Shown here one piece after another: positions 63,463-64,000 of a stretch of DNA of 64,000 nt. This DNA is from Chrysomallon squamiferum (Eukaryota > Animalia > Mollusca). Position 1 is the stretch's first letter, and the number at the start of each line of letters is the position of its first letter. A model generated the notes under the pieces. That model was given only the letters and a program-made list of their open reading frames with translations, searched no databases and had not been told where the DNA came from. The translations under genes and the position numbers were made by a program. The DNA lies in the NCBI GenBank assembly GCA_012295275.1, contig CM022667.1, positions 1,674,001-1,738,000 of the forward strand. Direction: 5' to 3'.

Positions 63463-64000
63463 TCACGACGAAAAGAAGCCGTATTTTAAATTACCACTCC
63501 CGTCTTGATACGATTCTCCAGGGTCAGGGAAAGTGAACGCTGGGTACAGTTCGTAGGGCGGGGGCGCAGGAGGCAGGGGACAGCTGACTAGGGGAGAAGA
63601 AGGCTCGTTCTCTAAACACGGATCGAACGGTGCTGACGCCTGTAGAGGAATGTCAATAGGCAGAGACTGTTTTCTCACGTGGGGTATCAAATTTGGCACA
63701 ATCATGTTTTTGCACAGATCATTGCACGTGTGTCGGTCGAACGCAACCACGACGCCGACGTCGCCGTTGTCGCATTTGCCAAAACGTTTGTGGTGCGAAT
63801 GAATCACGGGCGTGTTGAGCTCGAAACCGGACTCGGTCGCCATTCCTTTCAGGTCACAAATAACCAAGTCACCGGCGGTGTAATCGTAACTGAAATGCAC
63901 AAAGGCTTGCATGATGTCAGGAGCGTGCCGACATGGACTGCCCGATTTCGAAACCCAGCGGTGGAAATGTTTCTTCATGTTTTTGGTAATCAAAACCCAT
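63463..64000 (-). CDS. Second alpha-kinase-fold protein (C-terminal part; 5' end beyond the window), predicted pseudokinase, with ASAP/PPPY/LYP tail
   Basis: Open frame from the window edge: WVLITKNMKKHFHRWVSKSG...MQAFVHFSYDYTAGDLVICDLKG...LNTPVIHS...FGKCDNGDVG...HTCNDLC...QASAPFDP...PLPPAPPPYELYPAF...; TGA at 63463-63465. Collinear with the 32-kb gene. Confidence 0.85.
   Translation of the reverse strand, partial: WVLITKNMKKHFHRWVSKSGSPCRHAPDIMQAFVHFSYDYTAGDLVICDLKGMATESGFELNTPVIHSHHKRFGKCDNGDVGVVVAFDRHTCNDLCKNMIVPNLIPHVRKQSLPIDIPLQASAPFDPCLENEPSSPLVSCPLPPAPPPYELYPAFTFPDPGESYQDGSGNLKYGFFSS

Overview
AT-rich, microsatellite-dense animal genomic DNA with spliceosomal introns; the repeat style suggests an invertebrate, possibly a mollusc (inference only). 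Most ORFs in the supplied track are simple-repeat artefacts. Genes rebuilt by hand from splice sites: (1) a 19-exon eukaryotic threonyl-tRNA synthetase (+, 3669-17314), preceded by an inverted, heavily deleted partial copy of itself (1-~1935); (2) a DHRS1-like short-chain dehydrogenase (+, 20259-26382) with a GC-AG intron and a tandemly multiplied splice acceptor; (3) two minus-strand, GC-rich alpha-kinase-fold genes (32191-33502, and 63463 to the window edge). Both alpha-kinase genes have lost catalytic residues but keep the zinc-binding core, and both carry proline-rich tails with PSAP/ASAP, PPxY and LYPxL motifs, the ESCRT/NEDD4-recruiting 'late domain' set. IRF-, CRE-, STAT-, NF-kB- and CLEAR-like motifs lie upstream of the first. 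This candidate immune-inducible alpha-pseudokinase ESCRT-adaptor family is the most interesting signal. Two single-base homopolymer shortfalls probably reflect assembly error. All alignments and motif calls were made by eye.
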